The notes below the pieces were generated by a model. The model worked only from the letters and a program-made list of their open reading frames with translations, made no database searches and was not told the origin of the DNA. The position numbers were made by a program, and so were the translations under genes. DNA of 60,682 nucleotides, the filler included, from Fonticula-like sp. SCN 57-25 (Eukaryota), in the NCBI GenBank assembly GCA_001724245.1. It is 4 parts of 4 records of this genome, joined end to end, with 100 filler letters (N's around TTAATTAATTAA, not from the genome) between each part and the next. Parts side by side here need not be neighbours in the genome. Positions count along the whole stretch, not along the records: positions 45,601 to 60,682 come from MEDX01000145.1; 3 more parts are not named here. The stretch is one strand, 5' to 3'. Each line of letters opens with the position of its first letter. Positions within the stretch are counted from its first letter, which is position 1. Positions 46,600 through 58,347 of the stretch are shown here, one piece after another.

Positions 46600-48011
46600 C
46601 TACTGGGTCTTCTTGGACCGCTGGGCAGTGCGGTGAAGGATGGTGTCCTCCCCCGAGTCGAGCTGCGCGAGCGAGATCGACACGCCAATGGCGACGACGG
46701 CGAGGACGACCGTCGTGAACACGATCGTGCTGAACGGACCGACAACGTCAAAGTACTCGCAGTTCTCGCCAGTGTAGCCGTTCGCACACTTGCAGCGGAA
46801 GCAGTCGGGGTACTCGTTGGAGGGGTCCGCGCTGGCCGGGAACGAGAGCGTGCAGTTGCCGTGAATCTTGTCGGTGATCACGCCAGTCGAGTTGTCGACC
46901 GAGTAGCTCGAGAAGCACGAGTTGGTCGCGAGCATGCAGTCGTCATAGGTCTCGTAGCACGCGCGGAGCGAAACGCCGGCCTGGACGCTGGCGCCGCTGC
47001 GGGCGTTCTTGGCGGCGGCCGAGCGCGACGACACGCGCGCCAGCTCAACCTCGGGCAGGTACAGGGCCGACACAAAGGCGCGGCCGTTGTACGTCACCGA
47101 GACGGACGCGGCAAGGTCGCGGAGAACGCCAGAGAACGAGGCAGAGTCGGCGGGCGAAACGTCAAAGGCAAAGATCACCATGTCGACGGCAGAGTCGGAG
47201 CCAAACTCGGCGCGGGCCTCGAGGGCGCGAACGAGCGCAACAGTGGCGACGACCTCGACGGCGTGGCGGTCACCGCCATCGATAACCGAAAGAGCGGCGT
47301 TCACGGCGGCGGCGAGCTCAGTGGCGAGCTCCGAGGAGCCCGACGAAACCTCGACGGTCTTGTCGGCAACGTTAAGGTAAAGGGAGATGTGCTTCTCGCC
47401 GGCAAAGCCCTGGCTCACCGAAGAGGCGCGGAGCATGGAGCGCGACGAGCTGAGCGAGATGACGTGCGAGTCGCGCTGGTGGGCAGCGACAGAGTCAAGG
47501 AAGGCAAGAGCGCCCGACTGAACGTCTTCGTTAGAGAAATGGAGTGCATGAGCGGTCAATGCGTACGCGGGAGCCGGTGAGGAGGCCAGAGAGCTGCTCG
47601 GCGTGAGTGGCCGAGGGCTGGATACGCGCAGTGAGGGTGGCAACGGTGGGCTCGAGCTCGGCCGCCGGCGCCGATCCCGACACGACGGTCATGAAGGACA
47701 CGACGGGCTTGCGGATCGGGTGGCCGACGGGCAAAATGCGCACAGTGTCGCGCGATACTCCGCCAAGGTTGGAAGAAACACCGGAAAGGTGAGCAATGGT
47801 GGCCGCAACGTCAGAGGCCGGGATGCGCGACGCGTCATTCGTGAACACCATGTCCTTGGGCGCGGCGAGCACCTTGATCTGTGCCTCTGAAATGGCACAT
47901 AGATTGAGCAAAAGAAGAGAGAAAAATGTGAAAAAATGTATAGTTCGTACCGGCAGCACTCGCGGCAACCACCGCGGCGCACAGCAAGAGCGCGGCGACA
48001 ATTCGCGACAT
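46600..48011 (-). CDS. ATP6AP2/(pro)renin-receptor-like type I membrane protein with DUF3844/EGF-like cysteine module
   Basis: Signal peptide; introns 47887-47950 and 47518-47566. N-domain IKVLAAP..MVF...RIPASDVAATIA..SGVS...PVGHPIRKP and tail FSTIVFTTVVLA...QLDSGEDTILHR resemble ATP6AP2. Cys-rich module lies before the TM. Confidence 0.7.
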
Positions 48012-48316
48012 GGCAAATAAACCTTCCAGACGGGAAAGATCACCTGCTGGACGACGGGGAAACAGTTCAACCTGTTTTTTCTTTCAAGCCCACGTGACGA
48101 TCAGGATCGAGGATCGCGATCGTTCATTTTTCAACGATGACAGCGCATTTGCCGATGACGTAGATGGTGACGTCACATAGGCATAGGTCCATCACTCGCG
48201 CAGGACGCGGCGGCTGCCTGCCCCTCCCCACCTATTCCTCCGGAATCCCGCTCGAGGTTGGCAGCGCTGCGGACGGCACTTGTTGACGACGTCCGGGAGA
48301 GGCGCACGCGTGAGTC

Positions 48317-51300
48317 ATGGAGTTTTCTCCGCGGCATCAGAGCGTTTCGCTGAATATTGACCTTCAGGAGTGCTCGCTTGCCGGATCGACGACGATCCTG
48401 CTTGCCGCGCCCTGGGTCCCTCCACCCCCCGCGGAGCCCGCCGCCCCATCACTCGTTCTCTTTGTTGGCGACGCCACGCAGAGCGCTCCGCCCGCCGAGC
48501 CTGCTGCGCCCGCCGTTCCCGCGAATGTCCCGCTGTCGATCGCGCTCCACTGCTCGTGGCGCATCAGCATCGACAAGGTATCGATCGATGGCGTCGAGAC
48601 GAGGTTCCGCTTCCGCACGCAGCCCAAGCCGGAGCCGATTGTAGGGACGGTGACGCCAAACACCCCGCGCTCCGATTTTAACCTCTTTCTGCCGGCCGAT
48701 GACAATGAAGAGGAGCTCGAGGTCGACATCCCTCCCTCCGTTCAGCAGCGCATCGCTACCGAGCCGGTCTCGACGCCCGCCGAGCACACCTTTTCCCTCT
48801 TGATACAGTACCGCTGCCGCGACCCGCAGGGTGGCGTCTACTTTTACAGCAGCACGCCCGGCACAGTGTCGCACGCGTACACTGAGAATCAGCACAGCTC
48901 GGCACGCATCTGGCTGCCCTGCTTTGATAACCCGACCGATCGCTGCACGTGGGACTTTGAGATCATCGCCTCCAAGCAGCATACAATTATCATGTCGGGC
49001 GACCATTTTGTTGAGCGCGCGATCGAGGGCGGCTTAAAAGCACGCACTGCGCGGATCAACTCACCGATCGACGCGCCCAGTCTCGCCTTTGCCGTCGGCG
49101 AGTTTGCCGAGTACCCTGACCTGTTCATCGACCGCGTGTTTCACTACGCGCCGCGTTCAGAACTCGCAAAGGTCGCTCATACGGTGCAGTTTCTCAGCCG
49201 CGCCTATGACTTTTACCTTGTGCGTGGCGTTAATTCCTTTTTTCTTTGCGCGCTAACAGCATGGATAGGAGTACCTTGACATTGGCTTCCCGTCAGACAC
49301 GTACCAGCAAGTATTCCTTCCCGGCGCGCACCGCAGCATCATGTCGAGCGGCCTTGCCTTTTCTGGCCTCTCATGTGACCTTTTGCACCCGCCGTCCATC
49401 ATCGAAGAAGAGCTCGAGGCGAGGCGGTACGCGGCATATTTTTCAGTTTTTCCCTGCTCACCTTTCCTTTTTTAAGGCATTTGTCGCATGCGCTTGCGAT
49501 GCAGTACTTTGGCCGACTTGTCCATGCGCGTCACCGTCCTGACAGCTGGCTTGTCGACGCCCTTGCACTTCACCTGACACATCTTTTCCTCCGCTCGCTG
49601 ATGGGCGTGACCAACTGGCGCTTCCAGCTCCGCGAGGACATGGACTTTGTGTGCGCCACTGACACTGACCAGCCGCCAATCAGCGACGCCGAATTCCCTT
49701 CGCACCTCGACCGCGAGCTTCGGCGCGTCTTTGTAAAGCGCAAGGGCCGCCTCGTGCTTCACATGCTCGAGAAAAGCCTCGGGGCCGATGCCCTTGACGG
49801 CGCGATTCGGCGCATCTTTCAGACAGAAAACGACACTGGCATTGTTGACGTCACCTTTAGCCAGCTTCTCAAGCTGCTCAAGCGCAACACGGTCAAGGAC
49901 AAGGAAGTCAAAAACCTGACGGACCATTATGTCTACCAGAGCGGCTGCCCGATCATTACCTGCGAGTACGCCTACAGCCGCAAGCGCAATGTCGTCGAGC
50001 TGCGTCTCGGCCAGACGTCCACGTGCGCGGCCACGTCGAGCGACTCCCCCCGCTTCGCCACCCCCGTGACACTTCGCGTTCACGAAACGGAAAACTCTTA
50101 CGAGCACATTTACACCATTGAAGATGTGTCGCACAGTTTCGAGTTTGCGTACCATTCCAAGGCCAAAAAAGTGCGCAAGCCGAAACCGCGTCTCGGCGAA
50201 GAGGCCATGTCGGGCAAGCTCAAGGACATGTGCGACTGGCAGCTGCTCGACAATGACATGGTGGAAGACTCACCTGTCCTGTGGATGCGCGTGGACCCCG
50301 ACATGCAGCTCATCTGCTCCGTGTCGATACGGCAGACAGACTACCAGTGGCGCAACCAGCTGCTCATGGACCGCGACGTTGTTGGCCAGTACAATGCACT
50401 GGTCGCGCTGCGCGCCTTTGCAAACCGCGCCACGTCATGCGCGCTGATTCGCGCCATCGCCGACCGCCGCGTGTTTTACCGCGTGCGCGCCGAGATTGTG
50501 GGCACAGTCGCGGCGGTGGCGGCGCGCCAGTCCGACTATGACGCATTGAAGGTGTTTATCCGCTTTTTCACGGCGTACTACTCGCTCGGAACGGTGCCGC
50601 TCGTGCTCGATCAGGAAGTAGAGGCGCCCGTGATGCGCCCGAACCGCTTCACTGAACTGTCAGACTATTTCGTGCTCAAGGCGATCCCGTCGGCCGTCGC
50701 GACCATCCGCGACGAGCGCGGGCTTCCGGTCGCCGACGCCGTGCGACTTATTCTTTGCATGCTGCGCTTCAACGACAATACAAACTGCGAGTACAGCGAC
50801 TCGTACTATATTGCGCAGCTTGTCGAGTCGCTCGGGACGGCGCTGTACAGCCCCAAAGCGGATATTGCCGTATCAGGTGACCGCAATCATATTAGCCGCG
50901 AGAGCCTTCACGCGCTTTCCCTACTTTCCATCGACGAGATTGAGCGGTGCCGCGCGACCGAGCAGCTGTCGCCGTCATACCGCCACGTGGTTGAAGCCGC
51001 TGCGCTTCGTGCGCTTTGTCAGCTTCAGCTCGCCGATCGCATTCCGCTTCAGGTGACGCCGTTTATCCTTGCTTCCAAGCGGCCGCAGGCCGTCGCCGTC
51101 CGCATCAGCGCCCTGGCGTCGCTCATTCGCACAGCAGGCGGCGACCTTTACATGTTTAGGTATATCATCCACGTGGCGGTGCATGACCCCGAGCCGTACA
51201 TTCGCTTTGAAACGACGCGTCTTTTGGTCGAGTGGGTGCGTCGCGCGGGAAATGACCTGCAGCTGCGCGCACAGCTCGATGTCCTCAAGCACAATATTTC

Positions 51301-52915
51301 ACAATGCCCCGAATTCAAGACAATCATTATTGACTATGTAAGTGATTGTGCTGACGCTGCGCAAGCCGACTTGCTCGCCGAAGTGCTGCAGAGCATCTAC
51401 AAGCATTGCGCAGGTCTCTTCTTGGAAGATCTTGCAAAGACAGTGACGGTCGATGGTCAGCGACTCAAGCTCACACTGAGTGTCGCACTTCCCACGCCTC
51501 AGCAAGCCGCTTTTTCATCGCCCGCCGCGTCGCCCGCCGTCTCGCCGTCAAAGAAACGTCCCTCTTCAGAGTCGAAACGCGCGTCCAAAAAACACGCTTC
51601 GTCGAGCGGCGCAAATTCGCCGCGGCCAGTGAGCCTCATGGCGCTGCTGCAGGCTGACCCGACCGCGGTGGCGCGCACAGCCGACGGCGACGAAGATGAT
51701 GACGTGGACGTTGATGTTGATGACGCAGAGGAGCGCGCGGCGGCGGACGCGGCGGCGGCGGCCGAGCGCGCGAGAAGAAAGCAAGAGGAAGAAGAAGCCG
51801 ATGCGGCGGCGGCAGAGGCGGCGGCCGTGCTGGGCGTGTTTTACAGGGAGGATATGCAAATGTCACGTGATGATTATATGCGTGCGTCGTCGGTGCTGAC
51901 GCCGCTTTTGGACGAGCCGCTGTTTGCAGAGTTTGTTGAGCCTGTTGATACGGATGTGCTGCTGGATTACAAGACGATTGTCGCGACGCCAATGTCGCTG
52001 TCGACGATACGCGACAAGCTCGTGTCGGGGAAATACGCATCTCAGCATGAATTTTCGGTGCGTAACGAGTGTGAAAATGATACTTTTGTGTCAATTGTGT
52101 TACTTTTGTTGTTTTTTTGTGTCACTTTTCGTAGCTTCTTTTTCGTTTTCCACTTTACTAAAAGCCATCTTGCGCCGATTTTAGAAGGACATGGCGCTTG
52201 TTTGGAAAAACTGCCGCTTGTACAACTCTGCTTGGCTTTCCCTTACACAAGCTTCCTATGCTCTCGAAGAGCGTTTCCAGCGACTTTGGCACCGCGCGCC
52301 GACAATTCGTTGCCCGCCGCCGACGCCGCCAACTTCGTCATCAGTCAAACTGCGCTTCCCCGACCAGCCAATGTCGCCCGTCCTGCACGCTGCACTTGCC
52401 GCGCTGTTCAAACGTATGGCCGAACGCAAGGACGCGCAGTTTTACCGCGACCCGTACCGCGAGCCGCTGTACCTGCAAGTCATTCCGGAGCCGCGTTGCA
52501 TCACGGGAATCCAATCTAAACTGCGCCAAAAAGGTAAGTTGGACATATATTTTGACATTTTACCCCCTTTTTTCGCCCTTTTTACGCTTATACTGACACA
52601 ATTTTAGCGTACAAGTCGTTGAGTGCAGTTGAGACTGATGTTCGCATCATGATTGAAAACAGCCGCTACTATAACCTTTCGTACAGCGCTGCTGTCAGGG
52701 ACGCCAACAGTCTCGAAGTCTTTTTCGATGATGAAGTGGCAAAGTTGCTGCGGCCGGGACACTTGCAGGCCATTGAGGACAAGGTGGAAAAGGCGAGAAA
52801 GGCAAAGGCGGCGGCAGAAGGTGGGACGACGACGCCCGCAAAGCAGCAGAGCCCGGGGCCGAGCGAGTCGCCGGCGGTGCAGCAGCCAATCAAGCTAAAG
52901 TTCAAGTTTGGGTAA
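48317..52915 (+). CDS. TAF2: TFIID subunit 2 with two C-terminal bromodomains
   Basis: M1-aminopeptidase-like ARIWLPCFD...RCTWDFE, LAFAVG, WMRVDPDM, QLLMDRDVVGQ, FNDNT.C.YSDSYY; bromodomains FVEPVD...DYKTIVATPMSL...NCRLYN and FYRDP...ENSRYYN; four introns. Confidence 0.92.
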
Positions 52916-53512
52916 GGAAAAAAAAATTATATTCGCAGTCTTTTATGGATGATTACGATGTATTATAGTGTTTCAATACATGCAGATATGAATGATGTGC
53001 ATTTTGATAGGGAAAATGGAAAATTTGATAGGGAAATTCGGGTTTGGCAGGCTTGATTGTTTCCTGGAAACGTCTAGAACATTGACAATACTAAGGTTAT
53101 ATCAAATACTTTTTCGTTCTATTGACGATATTTTCATTGCGTCACTCTATCTTTTGGCTACAAATTCAGCTATAAATGTCCGCTCGGCGCTTACGTGTGC
53201 GCGACGCGAATGGCATAAGCATCGTCATAGCCGCCTTATCGCCCAATCGGCGCCCAATCGGGACGAATCAGGGGGTTCTCCACCAATCAGAATCGCGAAA
53301 CTGGAATGTGCTTTTGTCTTTTGGCGCGCGGTAGCAAGGGACGAGGCGGTGGCCAGCCCCTTACGGCCCTCGGCATTTCGTTGTAGCGCCCTCTTTGCCT
53401 CCTTTTTCAGGCCACCGCGCGCTGCAAAGGAGAGAGTACCGTGGTTTAGAAGGCACTTTTTTGTGCTGCGCGTCATTCTGGTCCCTTTTTGGTGAATCGG
53501 ACTTGCGACGCC

Positions 53513-55986
53513 ATGCCGGTGACCGACGAGATGCGCGAGACGCAGATGCGAAGGGTGCGGCATCGAAAGCGCACTTGTCTTTGCTGACGCGCGGTAGTAC
53601 GCGGACTCGCGGGATCCTCGGCATCTGTTTACGCGGCTGGAAGTGTGCGGCCGCGGCTCTTACGGCGTCGTCTTCAAAGCGTGCGTTCATGTGATCGTCT
53701 GTCATTGTGCCAACATGCGCGTTTCAGAATCGACAATTCGAATGGCAACACGGTTGCCCTCAAGGTAATTGACTTTGACAAGGTGGACGATGATCTCGCC
53801 GAGCTTCAGCGCGAGGTGATGATCCTCGCGTTGTGCCACCACCCATGCGTCACGCAGTACTTTGGCTCCTTTGTGCGCCGCTCCGAGCTGTGGATTTCGA
53901 TGGAGTACCTCGGCGGCGGATCTGTCGCCGACCTCGTGCGCCTCTTTTATATGTAATTTTCTTTGTTAACCTCGTGCGCAGCTCAAGCCGGGCCCCTTTG
54001 AGGAGCGCTACCAGCGCGTGATCCTGCGCGATGTCCTTCGCGCCCTTGAATACCTCCACTCTCAGGACCTGATGCACCGCGACATCAAGGGCTCGAATGT
54101 TCTTCTTTCCGAAAACGGCCACGCCAAGCTGGCCGACCTCGGCGTTGCGCGCCGCCTCAACGCCGCGCTCGACGCCGTCGGCGCGCGCCGGACGATGGTC
54201 GGCACCCCGCTGATGATGGCGCCCGAGATGATCTCTGGCGATCTTTACGGCCTCGAAGTGGACATTTGGGCGCTCGGCTGCACCGCCTACGAGGTCGCCA
54301 CCGGCCTCCCGCCCAACGCCGGCCTGCCCATGAACCAGGCGATGCTCCGGACCTACCGCGACGACGTACGCAGTGTGATTGGCTGATGGTTCCAAACTGA
54401 CCAATGGCGTACAGGCACCGCGTCTTGTGGGCGAGTCGTACAGCGCCGATCTCCGCGACTTTGTCGAGCGCTGCCTCCAAAAAGACCCGTCTCAGCGCTG
54501 GTCTGCGGCTCGTCTTTTGACGCATCCGTTCGTGCAGGTCGAAGATGACGCAAGCATCTTGCGCGATCTTGTTGTCCGCTACGACGCGTGGCGCGCGACG
54601 CACCCCTCGACCACCTCAAAGGCGCGTGTTTCGGCGCGCGCGTCGGCCTTTGCCCCCGAAGACGACCCGCACGCGCTGCTCGTCGCGGCTTCGCAGGCAG
54701 CGCTGAACGACTGGAACTTTACCGTCGAAACTGACGTCTTTTTCGACGCGCTGAACCGCCACGGCATTGCCTACTTGCACCCGCAGCTGGCGGCCGCCGG
54801 CTTTGACCTGACGCTGTGCTCGTACCTTGACGCGTCGTCGATTGACAAGCTCGGCATCTCGGACGAGCGCGAAGTGGCAAAGCTGCTGGCATTGGTTGAA
54901 GAGCTTCAGGCCGCCGACGATGACGGCGAGGACGACCGCAGTGACTCTGTTGCCACTGAAATCGATGAAAAGGAAGTTGAAAAGGAGGTTGAAAAGGCGG
55001 TTGAGAAAGAGATTGAAAAGGAGATTGAAAAGGAGGTTGGCGCTGAAAAGGTCGAAACGGCCGAAAAGGCGGCTGAAAAGGGCGATACGGAAGCCGAAAT
55101 TGCCGCCAAGATCGATATTGTCGATAATGACGTCATCCCCGCCGTGTCGCTGCCGACCGAATCACCTGCCGTTTCTTCTCCCGCGACAGACAAGAAGCGC
55201 TCCAAGTCATCGGCACCTTCTCTTATGCCCCCGCCCCTCAAGAAAAGCGAAGGCAAACGTTCCAAGCGACTTGCCTTTATGGGCAAAAAGAAGCGAACCG
55301 CACTCGAGTCGTCACGTGTCGACTTTGCCGCCGAAGCCGCCGCCGTCAACATTGCCGCTCAAATGGAACGTTCCAAAACGCAACTTTCGCTTTTCCTCCC
55401 TCGCCAGGGCTCTGTCATGCAACTCACGCCCACGTCATCATCGCCGCCCGCGTCGGCCGACATTGAAGCTCGCCTCAATACATTCGCAGTGCGCGACAAC
55501 AAGCACGGCTGGCGAAAGAAGGCGCAGCAGCCGGCCCAGTCTGGGGTGGAATCGCCCCTTGGAAGCAGTGACTTGCGGTCTGGGAGCCGCGCGAGCCGTC
55601 GTTCGGGGACGCCCGGCGAGACGCCGCCGCCCGACACGCCGCTGCGCCACTCAACAAGTGTCTCAACGTCGCTAGCGGCACAGGCGGCGGAAGAGACGAA
55701 AAAGGGACACCGCGCGTCAAACTCGCTCGGGTCGCAGGCGGCTGGGTCGCCGCGGCGGTCGAAAAAGTTGAATGGCAAGGCGGCGGCGGCGGCGTCGGAA
55801 GAGACAGAGGCCGCGGCGGACGCTGACGTGGAGCCGCCGAGTGGGCCGCGGCCGAGGTCGGCGAGCCTTTCGAGTGCGCAGCCGAGCGTGGCGGCGTCGC
55901 CGGATACGCCAAAGAAAAAGGGCGGTATTGCGGGTGTGTTTCATACGCTGCACCGCAAGCTGACGGTTAAGCCGGGCGCGGCATGA
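53513..55986 (+). CDS. STE20/GCK-family kinase with SAM domain and disordered tail
   Basis: GRGSYGVVFKA|, VALKVID, LWISMEYLGGGSV.DL, HRDIKGSNVLL, KLADLG, TMVGTP.MMAPE; SAM-like segment at ~54720-54910; three introns. Confidence 0.85.
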
Positions 55987-56411
55987 GCCGCCGGCAGCTG
56001 CTGTTCCATAATTGGTCAAGGAAGACGGCCAAATTGCAATGATTTTCTCGACGATATTGTGATGAATATGTACATTTTTCTATACTCTAGTGATAATAAA
56101 CAACCCATATTTTTTCCTTTGTGCGTCTCTGTATGTATCCACAAAAATCCATTCATGTTGTTCTTTGGGGTACAAAAGGGCGGCGGCCCAGGGATATGTG
56201 TCGCGGTGACGTACGCACGCGAATGTAAAGGAAAAAAAAGAAAGAAAAATGTTCAAAACTAAACGGCGCCTCTTTCCCGTCGCTCGTCGACCATTGCTTG
56301 CATACACACTATATTTTCTTTTTTGTCATGCGGCCGGCTCCTTAATCCTTCTATAAAAACACATTTGTGTGAGCACACAATGCCCAAACAATGCCCAAAA
56401 AACTAAACAAT

Positions 56412-58216
56412 TCATCGTACGTCGTCAGGCTCGACCATCTCGCCCTGCCCGTCCTGCTTCTTTTGCAACCCCGAGACGATGTCGTCGACACGGAGGAGGA
56501 GGCACGCAGCCTCGACGGCGGTCTTGAAAGTCTGGACCTTGACCGAGTAAGGCTCCCAGACGCCGTACGTGGTCATGTCGACGATCTTGCCGCTCTCGCC
56601 GTCGACGCCCCACGTGGTGTTCCCCTGCGCCTGCTTGGCGCGGAGGTCGGTGAGGACGCGGATGGCCGAGCCGCCGCAGTTCTGGATGAGCGTGCGCGGG
56701 ATGATCTCCATGGCGTCGCCGACGGCCTTGTATGGCCGCTGCTCGACGCCCTCAATGGCCTTGGCCTTTTCGGCGAGCGCGACAGCGACGGCCATCTCGG
56801 TGGCGCCGCCGCCCGGCAGGAGCTTGGGCTCAAAGATGACGTTGCGGGCAACGTTCATGGCGTCCTGCAGGTTGCGCTCGATTTCATTCATAATGTCCTT
56901 GGAGGCGCCGCGCAGGAGAAGCGTGCACGCCTTGGGCTCCTTGCACTCGACGAGGAAGCTGTAGTACTCGTCGCCGAGCTTGTCCACGTAAAAGAGGCCG
57001 CACTGCGTGCCGACGTCAGACTCCTTGAGCTCGTCCGTGCGGTTCACGATCGTCGCGCCGGTAGCGCGGGCAATGCGGTTGTTGTCCGTCTTGCGCACAC
57101 GCCGGAGCGCAGTGATGCCGGCCTTCAAAAAGTAGTGCTGAGCAAGATCAGCGAGGCCCTTCTCGGTGATCACAAGATCGGGCTTGAGCGCAATGATGTC
57201 GTCGCAGATGCTCTTGATGTACTCCTCCTCAATCTGCAGCATGCGGTTCCAGTCATCCTCCTTCGAGACCTCGACATTGATCTGAGACTCGCCCTTCTTG
57301 TACTCGAGGGGGCAGTCGAGGAGGATAACACGGGGGTTCTCGATGCGGCGACGCATGCCGGCATGCGTAACATCCTTGTTCAGCATCACACCATCAAGCA
57401 CGCGGCACTCTTCAATCTCACCACCGGGGATCTTCTCCACCTTGGCGTAACGCTTAATGTCAACCTCGCGGCGGCCGTCAACGTTGAGCGACACGGTGCG
57501 AACGGCATCATAAGCGAGATTGCACATGAGGTCGCTCCAGCGGCTCACAAACTTGGTGCCGAGCGACGAGCGAATGATCTTGATCATCTGCTCGCGGCTG
57601 TTCACATCAACGGGGAGGGCAATCTTGTCCATCACCTCAATACCATCCTGCAGCGCCTGGCTGAAAGCGCGGATCACAACAGTCGGGTGAATCTCGCGCT
57701 CAATGTGGGGAAGAGCAACATTGAGCATCTCACCGGCAAGGATGATCACAGACGTGGTGCCGTCGCCGACCTCCTCGTCCTGCGTGCGCGCAAGCTCAAT
57801 CATGGACTTGGCGGCGGGGTGCACGACCTCGCACTCGCGCAGAATCGCATTGCCGTCGTTCGTGAGAACGATGCCGCCCATGGGGTCAAGAAGCATCTTG
57901 AGCATGGCGCGGGGGCCAAGGCAAGTGCGGATCACATCGGCAACGGTCTGGGAAAGAAGGGCGGCATGAGCAAAGAAAGAAAAGGCAAGAAAAGGAGTCA
58001 AAGAGGCCAGAAATAAGGCGAGGAAGGGGGGGAAAGGAAAGGAAAAGGCGACGCACCTTGGCGGCATTGATGTTGTCAAGCTGCGCCTTACGGCCGTGCG
58101 AGCGCTCCGTGTTTTGCTCTAAGGGCAACATATAAGTAAACCAACATACTCGCTCAACAAAAAGCCTCCTGCTAAAGGAAAAGGGACGTACGGAGCACAA
58201 GGACAGGTGCCTGCAT
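56412..58216 (-). CDS. CCT3: T-complex protein 1 subunit gamma
   Basis: MQAPVLVL|..GRKAQ..NINAAK|TVADVIRTCLGPRAMLKML, GDGTTS, EIERNLQDAM, LLRVDDIVSG. Confidence 0.97.
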
Positions 58217-58347
58217 GCTCGATGTCACAACGACGCGTGAGCGTGGCCAAGCAGAGAAAGGAAAATTTGTGAAATTTGCGGATTTGAACTTTGATCTGAT
58301 TGGACGAGTGGGGTTATATTGACCAATCAAACAAATGTACACAATGG

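Noticed and set aside
56391-58016. 541-aa antisense ORF over CCT3 (likewise 46501-47580)
   Set aside because: Shadow ORF opposite a clear gene; no recognisable motifs.
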